From positions 6,231 through 70,230 of the forward strand of contig JAOAAK010000014.1 in the NCBI GenBank assembly GCA_026418905.1: a DNA stretch of 64,000 nucleotides. The letters are read 5' to 3'. The DNA is from Bacteroidales bacterium (lineage in GTDB: Bacteria > Bacteroidota > Bacteroidia > Bacteroidales > DTU049). The position numbers and the translations under genes were made by a program. This document shows positions 1-9,458 of the stretch, piece by piece. The notes under the pieces were generated by a model. It saw only the letters and a list, made by a program, of their open reading frames with translations. It ran no database searches and was not told the origin of the DNA. Position 1 is the first letter of the stretch, and each line of letters starts with the position of its first letter.

Positions 1-1
1 G

Positions 2-391
2 AAAGCTTTCTCTGAACTGCAATGGCACATGGATAGCATCGCTAAGTTTAATTTTACGATAAATGATACAGTACAACTCTATGATTTTTATGTTTTGATT
101 CGTCATACCAACGAGTATCCTTACCAGAATTTATATTGTTTTGTGACAAGTCTTTACCCTGGCGAAGTGATTAAATGCGATACAGTTAATTTTATTCTTG
201 CCGATGAACAGGGCAAATGGATAGGCAGGAAGAATGGTAAATTTTATGATAACGAAATATTGATCAGCCGAAAAGTTCGTTTCGAGAAGGCTGGCGTTTA
301 TTCCTTTGAATTTGTCCACGCCATGCGGGATACGATTTTGAACGGAATTCATTCATTTGGAATAAAACTTGTACCAGTGCCATATAAATAA
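2..391 (+). CDS. gldH: Gliding-motility lipoprotein GldH, 5'-truncated by the window edge
   Basis: The frame is open from nt 2 upstream of the listed ATG at 29. The pattern RH..EYPYQNL...P.G...DTV.F.LAD..GKW.G...F..G.Y.F.F.HAMR..L.GI..FG matches my memory of the GldH lipoprotein family. It lies directly upstream of PBP1A, an arrangement I recall from Flavobacterium. Confidence 0.7.
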   Translation, partial: KAFSELQWHMDSIAKFNFTINDTVQLYDFYVLIRHTNEYPYQNLYCFVTSLYPGEVIKCDTVNFILADEQGKWIGRKNGKFYDNEILISRKVRFEKAGVYSFEFVHAMRDTILNGIHSFGIKLVPVPYK

Positions 392-398
392 AAAATTT

Positions 399-2771
399 AT
401 GAAATTAAATATGCATGATTTTTTATGGAGGAACATACCGGAACATGACAAAAAAAGACTAAGACTTTTGTGGTTGATATACTTTGTGGGTTTTGGTTTA
501 TTCATTCTTTTTTTTATTGGTGTTTATTTTGGACTTCTTGGACCCATACCTTCCTTCAGACAGTTGGAAAATCCCGAAACCAACCTTGCTAGTGAAATAT
601 ATAGTTCCAATGGTGTTTTGATGGGAAAATTCTATGTAGAGAATAGATCCAATTGTGAATACAAAGATTTGAGTCCATATTTAGTACAGGCTCTTATAGC
701 TACAGAAGATATTAGGTTCCATCGACATGCAGGCATTGATGTGAGGGGTTTGATGAGAGTAATATTTAAAACATTTATTGGGGGAAAAGAAAGTAGTGGT
801 GGTGGAAGCACCATTTCTCAACAATTAGCAAAAAACCTTTTCAAAAGACCCGATGATATATCTTTTCTGGAGCTTGTAACCATTAAATTCCGTGAATGGA
901 TGACAGCTATAAAACTTGAGAGAAACTATACCAAAGAGGAAATTATTGCAATGTATCTGAATACTGTGGATTTTGGCAATCAAAGTTTTGGAATCAAGTC
1001 GGCAGCTAAAACTTATTTTAATAAAGAACCTAAGGACCTCTCTATTGAAGAAAGTGCTTTGCTTATTGGTATGCTTCAAGCTCCTTCACGCTATAATCCT
1101 ATTCGTAATCCTGAAAATGCTAGAAAACGTCGTGCTGTTGTCTTACGCCAAATGGAAAAATATGGTTTTATCACAAAGCAGCAATTTGATTCACTGAATA
1201 AATTGCCACTTTTGGATACGAGAAAATTTCAGATTCAGGATCATCGAACGGGGATTGCGCCTTATTTCAGAGAATACTTACGTATTTTAATGACAGCTAA
1301 CGAGCCAAAACGGGAAGAGTTTACCAATGACTATGATTATCAGCTTGCCCTGAAAGAATGGGAAGAGAATCCACTGTATGGTTGGTGCAATAAAAACAAA
1401 AAACCTGATGGTTCTCCTTACAATCTTTATACTGATGGTTTGAGGATTTACACTACTATTGACACACGTATGCAAAAATATGCTGAAGAAGCTATCGCAG
1501 AACACTTAGGCAAAACACTTCAAAATCAGTTTGTCAGAGAAATTTCACGTCATCCTTATGCTCCTTTTACTGGTGCTTTGAATAAAAAAGATGTCGAAAA
1601 ATTAATTGAACTCTCTAAAAAACGATCCGATCGTTACTTATCTATGAAAAGAGATGGGTATACTGATGAACAGATTGATTCGGCTTTTCTTACTCCAATT
1701 CCCATGCGTGTTTTTTCTTGGCGAGGCGAGAAAGATACGACGATGTCCCCACTCGATTCTATAAAATACTATAAATGGTTTCTGAGAGCCGGTTTTCTTG
1801 CCATAGAACCTCAAACAGGCCATGTTAAAGCTTATGTAGGAGGTCTGAATTATAAATACTTCAAGTATGATCATGTAACCAAAAGTAGGCGACAAGTTGG
1901 CTCAACATTTAAACCATTTGTTTATGCTACTGTTTTTGCCGATGGACAATTCAATCCGTGTAGTCGTGTTCCTTTACTTCCTGTTACGATAGATCTTGGT
2001 AATGGTGAAACATGGACTCCTAAAAACTCAGGAGAAGTCAAAGAGGGTGAAATCGTTGACCTCAGATATGCGTTAGCAGGTTCTATCAATTGGGTTTCGG
2101 CATACCTCATGAAAAACACAAGTCCAGAAGCTGTTATACGCCTTGCTCGCAAAATGGGAATCAAAAGCTATATTCCTCCTGTTTACGCAATTTGCCTGGG
2201 AGTTCCTGAATTAACCTTGTATGAGATGGTTTCAGCTCAGACGACCTATGCTAACAGAGGAATTTATACTGAACCTATAATTGTTACTCGTATTGAAGAT
2301 AAATTTGGTAATGTATTGGCTGAGTTTAGACCAAAGCATACTGAAGCAATGAGTGAAGAAACTGCTTATATGATGGTAGAGCTTATGAAAGGTGTGGTTG
2401 ATTATGGAACTGGTGGACGCATACGAACAGTGTATGGGATTAAATATCCTGTCGCTGGAAAAACAGGTACAACTGACAACAACAGCGATGGATGGTTTAT
2501 GGGTATTACACCTGGATTGGTGGCTGGATGTTGGGTTGGAGGCGAAGACATGCAAATTCATTTTTTGAGTACCGCTCTCGGACAAGGAGCCAATATGGCT
2601 TTGCCAGTATGGGCAATATTTATGAAAAAAGTATACAACGATCGTTCTCTTAACATACCAACTTCAGATTTTGAAAAACCAGCAAGACTTCGAGTTGATT
2701 TAGATTGTGTTTCCGAGAAAAAAAGCCCCGAAAAGCCAAACAAAAATAAAAGTAAGGATATTTTTCAATAA
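399..2771 (+). CDS. mrcA: Penicillin-binding protein 1A (bifunctional glycosyltransferase/transpeptidase)
   Basis: N-terminal TM segment. GT51 motifs TEDIRFHRHAGID and GGSTISQQLAKN. Transpeptidase motifs STFKP (SxxK), SIN (SxN) and KTGTT. The ATG at 399 avoids overlap with the gldH stop; the ORF-track start at 369 is the alternative. Confidence 0.9.
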   Translation: MKLNMHDFLWRNIPEHDKKRLRLLWLIYFVGFGLFILFFIGVYFGLLGPIPSFRQLENPETNLASEIYSSNGVLMGKFYVENRSNCEYKDLSPYLVQALIATEDIRFHRHAGIDVRGLMRVIFKTFIGGKESSGGGSTISQQLAKNLFKRPDDISFLELVTIKFREWMTAIKLERNYTKEEIIAMYLNTVDFGNQSFGIKSAAKTYFNKEPKDLSIEESALLIGMLQAPSRYNPIRNPENARKRRAVVLRQMEKYGFITKQQFDSLNKLPLLDTRKFQIQDHRTGIAPYFREYLRILMTANEPKREEFTNDYDYQLALKEWEENPLYGWCNKNKKPDGSPYNLYTDGLRIYTTIDTRMQKYAEEAIAEHLGKTLQNQFVREISRHPYAPFTGALNKKDVEKLIELSKKRSDRYLSMKRDGYTDEQIDSAFLTPIPMRVFSWRGEKDTTMSPLDSIKYYKWFLRAGFLAIEPQTGHVKAYVGGLNYKYFKYDHVTKSRRQVGSTFKPFVYATVFADGQFNPCSRVPLLPVTIDLGNGETWTPKNSGEVKEGEIVDLRYALAGSINWVSAYLMKNTSPEAVIRLARKMGIKSYIPPVYAICLGVPELTLYEMVSAQTTYANRGIYTEPIIVTRIEDKFGNVLAEFRPKHTEAMSEETAYMMVELMKGVVDYGTGGRIRTVYGIKYPVAGKTGTTDNNSDGWFMGITPGLVAGCWVGGEDMQIHFLSTALGQGANMALPVWAIFMKKVYNDRSLNIPTSDFEKPARLRVDLDCVSEKKSPEKPNKNKSKDIFQ

Positions 2772-2779
2772 CTCATCAA

Positions 2780-3364
2780 ATGCCTGCCCAACTTGACATA
2801 TTGATTTCATGGAATATCACGCGAGAATGGACTTTATTTCTTGATAGAGATGGTGTTATTAATCGAAGAATAATTGGAGGATATGTTGTAGTTCCTGATC
2901 AATTTGAATTTCTTCCTAATGTATTTGAAGCATTAAATTTAGCATCTAGTATTTTCGATAAAATCATTGTAGTGACTAATCAACAAGGAGTGGGTAAAAA
3001 GCTGATGACAGAACAAGACTTAGAGGTTATACATTCTTATATGATTGATAAGATCGAACAACATGGGGGCAAAATCACTAAGATCTATTACTGCACACAC
3101 TTGGTCGAGGAACAAAGTCTTTATAGAAAGCCAGAACCAGGTATGGCATATCGAGCCAAAAAAGATTTTCGAGATATTCAGTTTTCTCGTTCAATCATGG
3201 TTGGAGATACCAAAGAAGATATGCAATTTGCTCGAAACGCGAAGATGAAGGCTGTTTTTATAGGAAATCCTCACGAAATTGAACTATCACGACATCTTTA
3301 TGACTTGTATTATCCGGATTTGTATAGTTTTGTGAAAGAAGTAAAATGGGCTGTAAAAAGATAG
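2780..3364 (+). CDS. gmhB: D-glycero-D-manno-heptose 1,7-bisphosphate phosphatase (HAD family)
   Basis: HAD motif I LFLDRDGVIN, TNQ, RKPEPGM and VGD, at a size typical of GmhB. The Zn-binding Cys cluster of E. coli GmhB is not conserved. Confidence 0.7.
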   Translation: MPAQLDILISWNITREWTLFLDRDGVINRRIIGGYVVVPDQFEFLPNVFEALNLASSIFDKIIVVTNQQGVGKKLMTEQDLEVIHSYMIDKIEQHGGKITKIYYCTHLVEEQSLYRKPEPGMAYRAKKDFRDIQFSRSIMVGDTKEDMQFARNAKMKAVFIGNPHEIELSRHLYDLYYPDLYSFVKEVKWAVKR

Positions 3365-3366
3365 AT

Positions 3367-4170
3367 ATGAAACAATGGTTTGTTCTATTGTTTACTTATT
3401 TTTTGGGTATTTTGTGCATGAGTCAAACAATTGTAAATATTAACACTTACGATAAGCAAGGTCGGAAACATGGTTATTGGGAAAAGAAAAAAAACGATAA
3501 AATAGTTTATAAGGGAAAATTTATTCATGGAATTCCTGTGGACACGTTTCTTTATTTTTACCCGACGGGAAAAATTAAGTCTGTTATGATCTATTCAGAT
3601 AGTGGAAAAAAAGCAAAAGCAACTTTCTACAGTCCATCAGGTACTATATTAAGCGAGGGAATGTATGTTCGTATGAATAAGGAAGGCCTCTGGAAATACT
3701 ATACCGAAGAAAATAAGCTAGCGAGCGAGATAGAATATAAAAACGGTAAAAAAAATGGGCGTGCTGTTTATTATTTTCCAGACGGAACCATAGCTAATAT
3801 TGAACATTACGTAAATGATACGCTAGAGGGTGAATACATTAGATATTATGACAATGGTAACATTCATTATAAAGGCAATTTTTCAAAAAATATGCGACAA
3901 GGTGATTTTGTGTTTTATTATTACAATGGTCAATTAAGCGCATCAGGAGCATATAAAGATGATTTGCGCGAAGGTTGGTGGAAGCTTTACGATAAAGATG
4001 GAAAAATCATTCTTGAAGCTTATTATCATCAAAGTGATCTCGTTAAAAAACATGTTTATCAGAAAGATAAAGACCCGGAAGTATTGCAGCAAATAGATTC
4101 AGAACTTGATCTTAAAGCAAGAAAAGAACGTGAAGAAAAAAAGAATCAAAAAATAGAAGATGAAGAATAA
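3367..4170 (+). CDS. MORN-variant (YwqK-like) repeat protein, secreted
   Basis: Signal peptide from the ATG at 3367. Iterated repeats of about 23 aa of the form G.W..YY.nG.i...g.Y.nG...G, and a Lys/Glu-rich tail. Confidence 0.6.
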   Translation: MKQWFVLLFTYFLGILCMSQTIVNINTYDKQGRKHGYWEKKKNDKIVYKGKFIHGIPVDTFLYFYPTGKIKSVMIYSDSGKKAKATFYSPSGTILSEGMYVRMNKEGLWKYYTEENKLASEIEYKNGKKNGRAVYYFPDGTIANIEHYVNDTLEGEYIRYYDNGNIHYKGNFSKNMRQGDFVFYYYNGQLSASGAYKDDLREGWWKLYDKDGKIILEAYYHQSDLVKKHVYQKDKDPEVLQQIDSELDLKARKEREEKKNQKIEDEE

Positions 4171-4834
4171 GATTTTTGTTATTTTTCTATTCTCGACCTT
4201 GTTTTTTTCTTGTAGCAAACAATCCGATGATAAAGTCGATGTGGGTTATGATTTTTACCCCTATAGGGTAGGTTCATGGGTAATATATGAAGTAGATTCG
4301 ATATTTTACGATGATTTCACGGGTATTTCTGATACATTTCATTTCTTGCTGAAGGAAGTTTTTGAAAGTGAATTTATCGATGAGGAAGGTCGTAGAAACT
4401 TGCGTCTTGAAAGGTACGTAAAATGGAATGATTCGTCCGATTGGGTCTTGAGAGACGTATGGTATGTCCATAAAAATTCCATGCATGTGGAGAAAATCGA
4501 GGAAAACATACGATTTATACGTCTTATCTTTCCAGTCAGAGAAAATGAAAGCTGGGATGGTAATGCCATGAACTCCATGAACGAGCAAAAATATTATTAT
4601 AAAAACGTTGATAAATTCTATGCTATAGATAGTGTGTTATCTTTTGATTCGACTGTTGTTGTAGTACAAAACAAAATACAAAATCTCCTCGAAGAAAAAG
4701 ATCAATTTGAAGTCTATGCTAGAGGAGTAGGTCTAATTTATAAAAATTATAAAGACGTTGGTAAAGAGCTGACAACTGGTCAGATCAAAAAAGGTCTACA
4801 TTATAGTTGGAAAATAATCCAGTGGAAAATTTAA
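4160..4834 (+). CDS. Hypothetical lipoprotein
   Basis: Signal peptide with lipobox LFFSC|SK. No recognisable catalytic motif. 11-nt overlap with the upstream gene. Confidence 0.5.
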   Translation: MKNKIFVIFLFSTLFFSCSKQSDDKVDVGYDFYPYRVGSWVIYEVDSIFYDDFTGISDTFHFLLKEVFESEFIDEEGRRNLRLERYVKWNDSSDWVLRDVWYVHKNSMHVEKIEENIRFIRLIFPVRENESWDGNAMNSMNEQKYYYKNVDKFYAIDSVLSFDSTVVVVQNKIQNLLEEKDQFEVYARGVGLIYKNYKDVGKELTTGQIKKGLHYSWKIIQWKI

Positions 4835-4838
4835 TCAT

Positions 4839-6536
4839 ATGAAAACAAATTTTTTAGTTACATTATTATTTTTCTTTTTACAAGTATTTACTCAATCAGG
4901 TGGATACTATCGTGTTGTTTTTAAAGATAAAAATAACACTCCCTATTCTTTGAGTCACCCTGAACAATTTTTGTCTCAGAGAGCAATAGCACGGCGTCAA
5001 AAATTTAATATCCCAATAGATCATCGGGATTTACCTATTGTACCGTCTTATATTACGGAAATTCAGCAACTAGGTGCGATTCTACATAACAAAAGTAAGT
5101 GGTTCAATTCAGCTGTTTTCTTTGTACCAGATACCAACTTGCTCTCCCAGATTCGCCAGAAGACGTTCGTCCAGTCGATTACCTTTCTTAAACCTCAGAA
5201 TCCTGTAAAAAACAACAAGCGACGTGGCTCACAGAGTGTAATACTTGATCATTGGGCCACAACGGTCTATGAAGCTTCTCTTTTCGCTAGCGAACAAAAT
5301 GAAGCTCGGATCAATTATGATTATGGCTTTGCTTTCACTCAGAATGCTTTACTTGCTGTTGATTATTTACATGGGAATGGTTTTACCGGAAAAGGTATGG
5401 TTATAGCTGTCTTGGATGCTGGCTTTTTTAAAGTCAACGAATTAACTATTTTTGATAGCTTAAGAAACAGTGGTAGGCTATTAGGGACAAAGGATTTTGT
5501 CAATCCCGGGGGGGATGTTTTTGCTCAAAGTACCCATGGCATGGCAGTATTATCTCTCATGGCTGGTAACGTGCCAGGAAAATTGATAGGTACAGCACCG
5601 CATGCAAGTTATTGGTTGCTGCGGTCTGAAGATGCTAATTCCGAATACCTGATCGAGGAAGACAATTGGGTTGCTGCTGCAGAATTTGCAGACAGTGTGG
5701 GAGCCGATATTATTAATTCTTCTTTAGGATACACTACTTTTGATGATAGTCTGCAAGATCATACTTATCAAGACATGGATGGGAATACAACTCTGGTAAC
5801 ACAAGCTGCAGATATAGCTGCAAGTAAAGGCATACTTGTTTTTAATTCGGCTGGTAATAGTGGTAATAATGAATGGTACTATATAGGTGCTCCTGCTGAT
5901 GCTGATAGTATTATTAGTGTTGGTGCAGTCGACTTAAATGGGGTTTTGGCTTATTTTTCGTCACGAGGGCCGACATACGACGGCCGGATTAAACCAACAG
6001 TTTGTGCCCCAGGGCACATGGTTTATGCTGTTACTGCCTCAGATGACGTTGAACAAGGAAGTGGAACTTCGTTTTCATCTCCCATTCTTGCTGGGGCAGT
6101 GGCTTGCTTGTGGCAAGGTTTCCCTGAAAAAAGAAATACTGATATGATCGATGTCGTGATTAAATCTGCCCATAAATACACTAACCCAGATAATGATTAT
6201 GGCTATGGAATACCTAATTTAGCAATTGCTTCCTTATTACTTGGTGGGCAAGATTTCTCTCTTACCAGTGAAAAACTAGCTGTTTTTGCGTACCCCAACC
6301 CTTTTGATGAAGAAATTAATTTGATCGTTTACTCTAATAAAAAAGCTGATTTGGACGTGCAAATATTGAATTCTCAGGGTAAGGTCGTATTTCAGACCAC
6401 TTTTAAAACCATTGTAGGTTATAATTATTATTATTTAACTTTTTTAAACAACAGAAAACTCAATCGTGCGGGCACTTATTTCCTTAAAGTATCTGATTCG
6501 TATCGTTTGGCTGAAACAAAGCTAATTAAAAAATAA
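4839..6536 (+). CDS. Subtilisin-family (S8) serine peptidase with type-A T9SS C-terminal sorting domain
   Basis: Asp/His/Ser triad contexts VIAVLDAGF, STHGMAV and GTSFSSP. C-terminal roughly 80 aa reads FAYPNPFDEEINL...GTYFLKV...KLIKK, typical of the Por secretion tail. Confidence 0.85.
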   Translation: MKTNFLVTLLFFFLQVFTQSGGYYRVVFKDKNNTPYSLSHPEQFLSQRAIARRQKFNIPIDHRDLPIVPSYITEIQQLGAILHNKSKWFNSAVFFVPDTNLLSQIRQKTFVQSITFLKPQNPVKNNKRRGSQSVILDHWATTVYEASLFASEQNEARINYDYGFAFTQNALLAVDYLHGNGFTGKGMVIAVLDAGFFKVNELTIFDSLRNSGRLLGTKDFVNPGGDVFAQSTHGMAVLSLMAGNVPGKLIGTAPHASYWLLRSEDANSEYLIEEDNWVAAAEFADSVGADIINSSLGYTTFDDSLQDHTYQDMDGNTTLVTQAADIAASKGILVFNSAGNSGNNEWYYIGAPADADSIISVGAVDLNGVLAYFSSRGPTYDGRIKPTVCAPGHMVYAVTASDDVEQGSGTSFSSPILAGAVACLWQGFPEKRNTDMIDVVIKSAHKYTNPDNDYGYGIPNLAIASLLLGGQDFSLTSEKLAVFAYPNPFDEEINLIVYSNKKADLDVQILNSQGKVVFQTTFKTIVGYNYYYLTFLNNRKLNRAGTYFLKVSDSYRLAETKLIKK

Positions 6537-6539
6537 CAT

Positions 6540-7394
6540 ATGATACTTATTGCAGATGCTGGTGCTACCAAAACAGCATGGCGCATTTTTGATAACAAAC
6601 ATATTTTCTTAGACCAAATTTCTTCTGGCATACATCCACTTTTCATGAATGTAAGAAGTATAGAAAGCGAAATTGAAAAGAACATCCTCCCTTTTGTAAA
6701 TACTGAAAAAATTGAAAGAGTTTACTTTTATTGTGCAGGTTGTGCGACACCTGCTTTACAAACAAAAGTATACGATGCAGTTAGCCTTTTTTTCCCAAAC
6801 GCATACGTATATGTAGGTAGTGACTTGGAGGGAGCTGCTCGTGGAATTCTAGGAAACAAGGAAGGATTGATTTGTATTATTGGTACCGGAAGTAATGCAG
6901 GTGTATGGAATGGGGATAGGATCATTTCACAAATTCCTTCTTTGGGGTATATCCTTGGCGACGAAGGCAGTGCTTCATGGATAGGTAGGCAAATAGTTTC
7001 CCATTACTTTAGGAAAACCATGCCACATTATTTGAGAACCATTTTTGAGCAATATTTTTCTGGGGATCTGGATTTTGTTTACAAAAACGTCTACCAAAAT
7101 CCTTCTGCCAATTTGTTTCTTTCTTCTGTTACAGAAAAATTCATCCAAATTAAAGATGAATTTATAGAGAAAATTTTATCTCAGTCGGCTCGAATCTTTT
7201 TTGAAACTTTTGTTCTTCCGATTGAGCCTATTTTGCCATTAGGTTTTGCTGGATCAATAGCTAAAATCAATGAAAGTAATATTTATTATTGGGCCAAGCA
7301 TTATAACCTCGACATTATTTCCATACAAGCTAGTCCAATAGAGGGTTTATATGAATATTACCTTAATAACTATCCCATGCAACATTATGAGTAA
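6540..7394 (+). CDS. BadF/BadG/BcrA/BcrD-type ATPase (N-acetylglucosamine kinase-like)
   Basis: N-terminal ILIADAGATKT phosphate-1 motif, IIGTGSN and GYILGDEGS motifs of the ASKHA-fold sugar kinase family. Confidence 0.7.
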   Translation: MILIADAGATKTAWRIFDNKHIFLDQISSGIHPLFMNVRSIESEIEKNILPFVNTEKIERVYFYCAGCATPALQTKVYDAVSLFFPNAYVYVGSDLEGAARGILGNKEGLICIIGTGSNAGVWNGDRIISQIPSLGYILGDEGSASWIGRQIVSHYFRKTMPHYLRTIFEQYFSGDLDFVYKNVYQNPSANLFLSSVTEKFIQIKDEFIEKILSQSARIFFETFVLPIEPILPLGFAGSIAKINESNIYYWAKHYNLDIISIQASPIEGLYEYYLNNYPMQHYE

Positions 7395-7404
7395 AAAAAA
7401 TTTA

Positions 7405-7412
7405 TAGTTTTG
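7405..7412 (+). promoter_or_regulatory. Bacteroidota -7 promoter box (TAnnTTTG)
   Basis: tagttttg, 22 nt upstream of the ATG at 7435. Confidence 0.45.
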
Positions 7413-7434
7413 TAACAAACAAAAATATTTGATT

Positions 7435-8649
7435 ATGACAAGATCACAAGAATTAATGGAACTAGAATTTAGGTACGGTGCTCACAATTATCATCCCTTA
7501 CCGGTCGTACTTGAAAGAGGGGAAGGGGTATATCTCTGGGATGTGGAAGGCAAGAAATATTTTGATTTTTTGTCTGCTTACTCAGCCGTTAATCAAGGGC
7601 ATTGTCATCCCAAAATTGTCGGGGCTTTGGTGGATCAGGTAAGAAAACTTTCCTTGACATCAAGAGCTTTTTACAATGATTCATTAGGGGTTTTTGAGAA
7701 GTTTGTTACTGAGATGTTTGGTTACGATAAGGTTTTGCCCATGAATACTGGTGCTGAAGGAGTAGAAACTGCTATTAAGCTTACGAGGAAATGGGCTTAT
7801 TTAAAAAAGGGAATTCCTCGTTACGAAGCCAAAATCATCGTATGTAACAACAACTTTCATGGGCGTACTACAACGATTGTGAGTTTTTCTAGCGATCCTT
7901 CCGCATATACAGATTACGGTCCTTTTACTCCTGGTTTTATTCAAATTCCTTATAATGATCTTAATGCCCTAGAGCAAGCTTTGCAAGACCCCAATGTAGC
8001 TGGTTTTTTAGTCGAACCCATTCAGGGTGAGGCTGGTGTTGTGGTCCCTGACGAAGGCTACCTCAAAGGAGCTTATGATCTTTGCAAAAAACACAACGTT
8101 CTTTTTATTGCTGATGAAATCCAGACTGGAATTGCTAGAACTGGTAAGCTGCTAGCATGTGACCATGAGAATGTTAAACCTGATATTCTTATTCTTGGCA
8201 AAGCCTTGGGAGGAGGTGTTTATCCCGTTTCAGCAGTACTGGCCAATGATGATATCATGTTGACCATTAAACCTGGTGAACATGGATCTACCTTTGGTGG
8301 AAATCCCGTAGCTGCTCGCGTTGCTATTGCTGCCTTACAGGTAGTTGAAGAAGAAAATTTAGCTGAGCGTGCTGCAAGGCTAGGTGAAATATTCAGAAAT
8401 GAACTTAAGAAAATAGAAAGCCCTATGCTCGAAATCATTCGGGGAAAAGGACTTCTCAATGCGATAGTAATCAAACCATACCAAGGAAAAACAGCTTGGG
8501 ATGTTTGTCTCAAAATGGCTGAAAACGGATTACTTGCTAAACCGACCCACGAGCACATTATACGCTTAGCACCGCCACTTATCATTTCTGAAGGTCAAAT
8601 CTTGGAAGCAGCAGAAATCATTCGAAAATCAATCTTGTGTTTACATTAA
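7435..8649 (+). CDS. rocD: Ornithine aminotransferase (class-III PLP aminotransferase)
   Basis: N-terminus [46 protein letters not shown], plus [15 protein letters not shown] and LGKALGGG (PLP lysine). The ATG at 7435 is preferred over the TTG at 7429. Confidence 0.85.
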   Translation: MTRSQELMELEFRYGAHNYHPLPVVLERGEGVYLWDVEGKKYFDFLSAYSAVNQGHCHPKIVGALVDQVRKLSLTSRAFYNDSLGVFEKFVTEMFGYDKVLPMNTGAEGVETAIKLTRKWAYLKKGIPRYEAKIIVCNNNFHGRTTTIVSFSSDPSAYTDYGPFTPGFIQIPYNDLNALEQALQDPNVAGFLVEPIQGEAGVVVPDEGYLKGAYDLCKKHNVLFIADEIQTGIARTGKLLACDHENVKPDILILGKALGGGVYPVSAVLANDDIMLTIKPGEHGSTFGGNPVAARVAIAALQVVEEENLAERAARLGEIFRNELKKIESPMLEIIRGKGLLNAIVIKPYQGKTAWDVCLKMAENGLLAKPTHEHIIRLAPPLIISEGQILEAAEIIRKSILCLH

Positions 8650-9077
8650 GGATTTCGAATATAGAGGTAGTAATATCCATCGTACAAACAAGAATATTTT
8701 TTAGCGGGTCTCTTAGCAGGCCCGTTTATTTTTGATCCGTCAGTGATGATGAATGAGGAACCACAAACGGGATCGTACATAAAAAGTCCCGAAGAATCCA
8801 CAACTAATCTTTCGCAATCAGTTTGTGGATGATAAGGACATGCACGTTCAAATGCCACAAATTCATCATACGAAAGTCTATAGACAATGATCCCTTTATA
8901 TCCCCCTGTAATGTATACATAGCCTCCTATGGCATTCAACGCATTGTAAACAGTATTGTTTAAATCAAGCTGAATGTTTACAGGTACATCAGGGATGATT
9001 TCATCCTCTTTGCCACAATTGGTTAATGTACTAAATGCAAAAAACGATGTTAATAAAAAAATTTTTTTTAGGTTCAA
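8646..9077 (-). CDS. Small lipoprotein with degenerate Rieske-like fold signature
   Basis: Lipobox LTNC|GK. ACPYH...C and [10 protein letters not shown]....GPA..P resemble Rieske boxes I and II, but box II has lost its His. The only available start is TTG at 9077. Confidence 0.5.
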   Translation of the reverse strand: MNLKKIFLLTSFFAFSTLTNCGKEDEIIPDVPVNIQLDLNNTVYNALNAIGGYVYITGGYKGIIVYRLSYDEFVAFERACPYHPQTDCERLVVDSSGLFMYDPVCGSSFIITDGSKINGPAKRPAKKYSCLYDGYYYLYIRNP

Positions 9078-9099
9078 TTTTTGTTGTATTTTCGCAATT

Positions 9100-9107
9100 C
9101 AAAGATA
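9100..9107 (-). promoter_or_regulatory. Bacteroidota -7 promoter box (TAnnTTTG)
   Basis: The minus strand reads tatctttg, 22 nt upstream of the TTG start at 9077. Confidence 0.4.
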
Positions 9108-9117
9108 ATAATTAAGA

Positions 9118-9441
9118 ATGCAAACCAGATTTATTTGGATATTAATAGTTTTTATCTTATCAGTTGCAAGTACTTCATGTGATTTATTCAGGCGAAGCAA
9201 TATAGATAACAAAGAAAAAGCTATTCAAAAAGAAAAGAAAAAAAGACAAAAGCAAGATACTATTTTATATCAGAAAGCACTAAAACAACACATGAAAAAT
9301 CAATCCAAAGAAACTCGAAAAGCCATGAAACAATCCATGCGAGAAGCTAAACGCAATAGAGAACATAAACCTGAACCATTCTATCTCCGCTGGTACAAAA
9401 AATGGTTCCGTGAAAAACCCCAACAGAAAGATAAGGGCTAA
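9118..9441 (+). CDS. Hypothetical Lys-rich lipoprotein
   Basis: Signal peptide with lipobox ASTSC|D, followed by a highly basic low-complexity region (KEKKKRQKQ...). Confidence 0.4.
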   Translation: MQTRFIWILIVFILSVASTSCDLFRRSNIDNKEKAIQKEKKKRQKQDTILYQKALKQHMKNQSKETRKAMKQSMREAKRNREHKPEPFYLRWYKKWFREKPQQKDKG

Positions 9442-9458
9442 AAGTTCTTTTGTTATAG

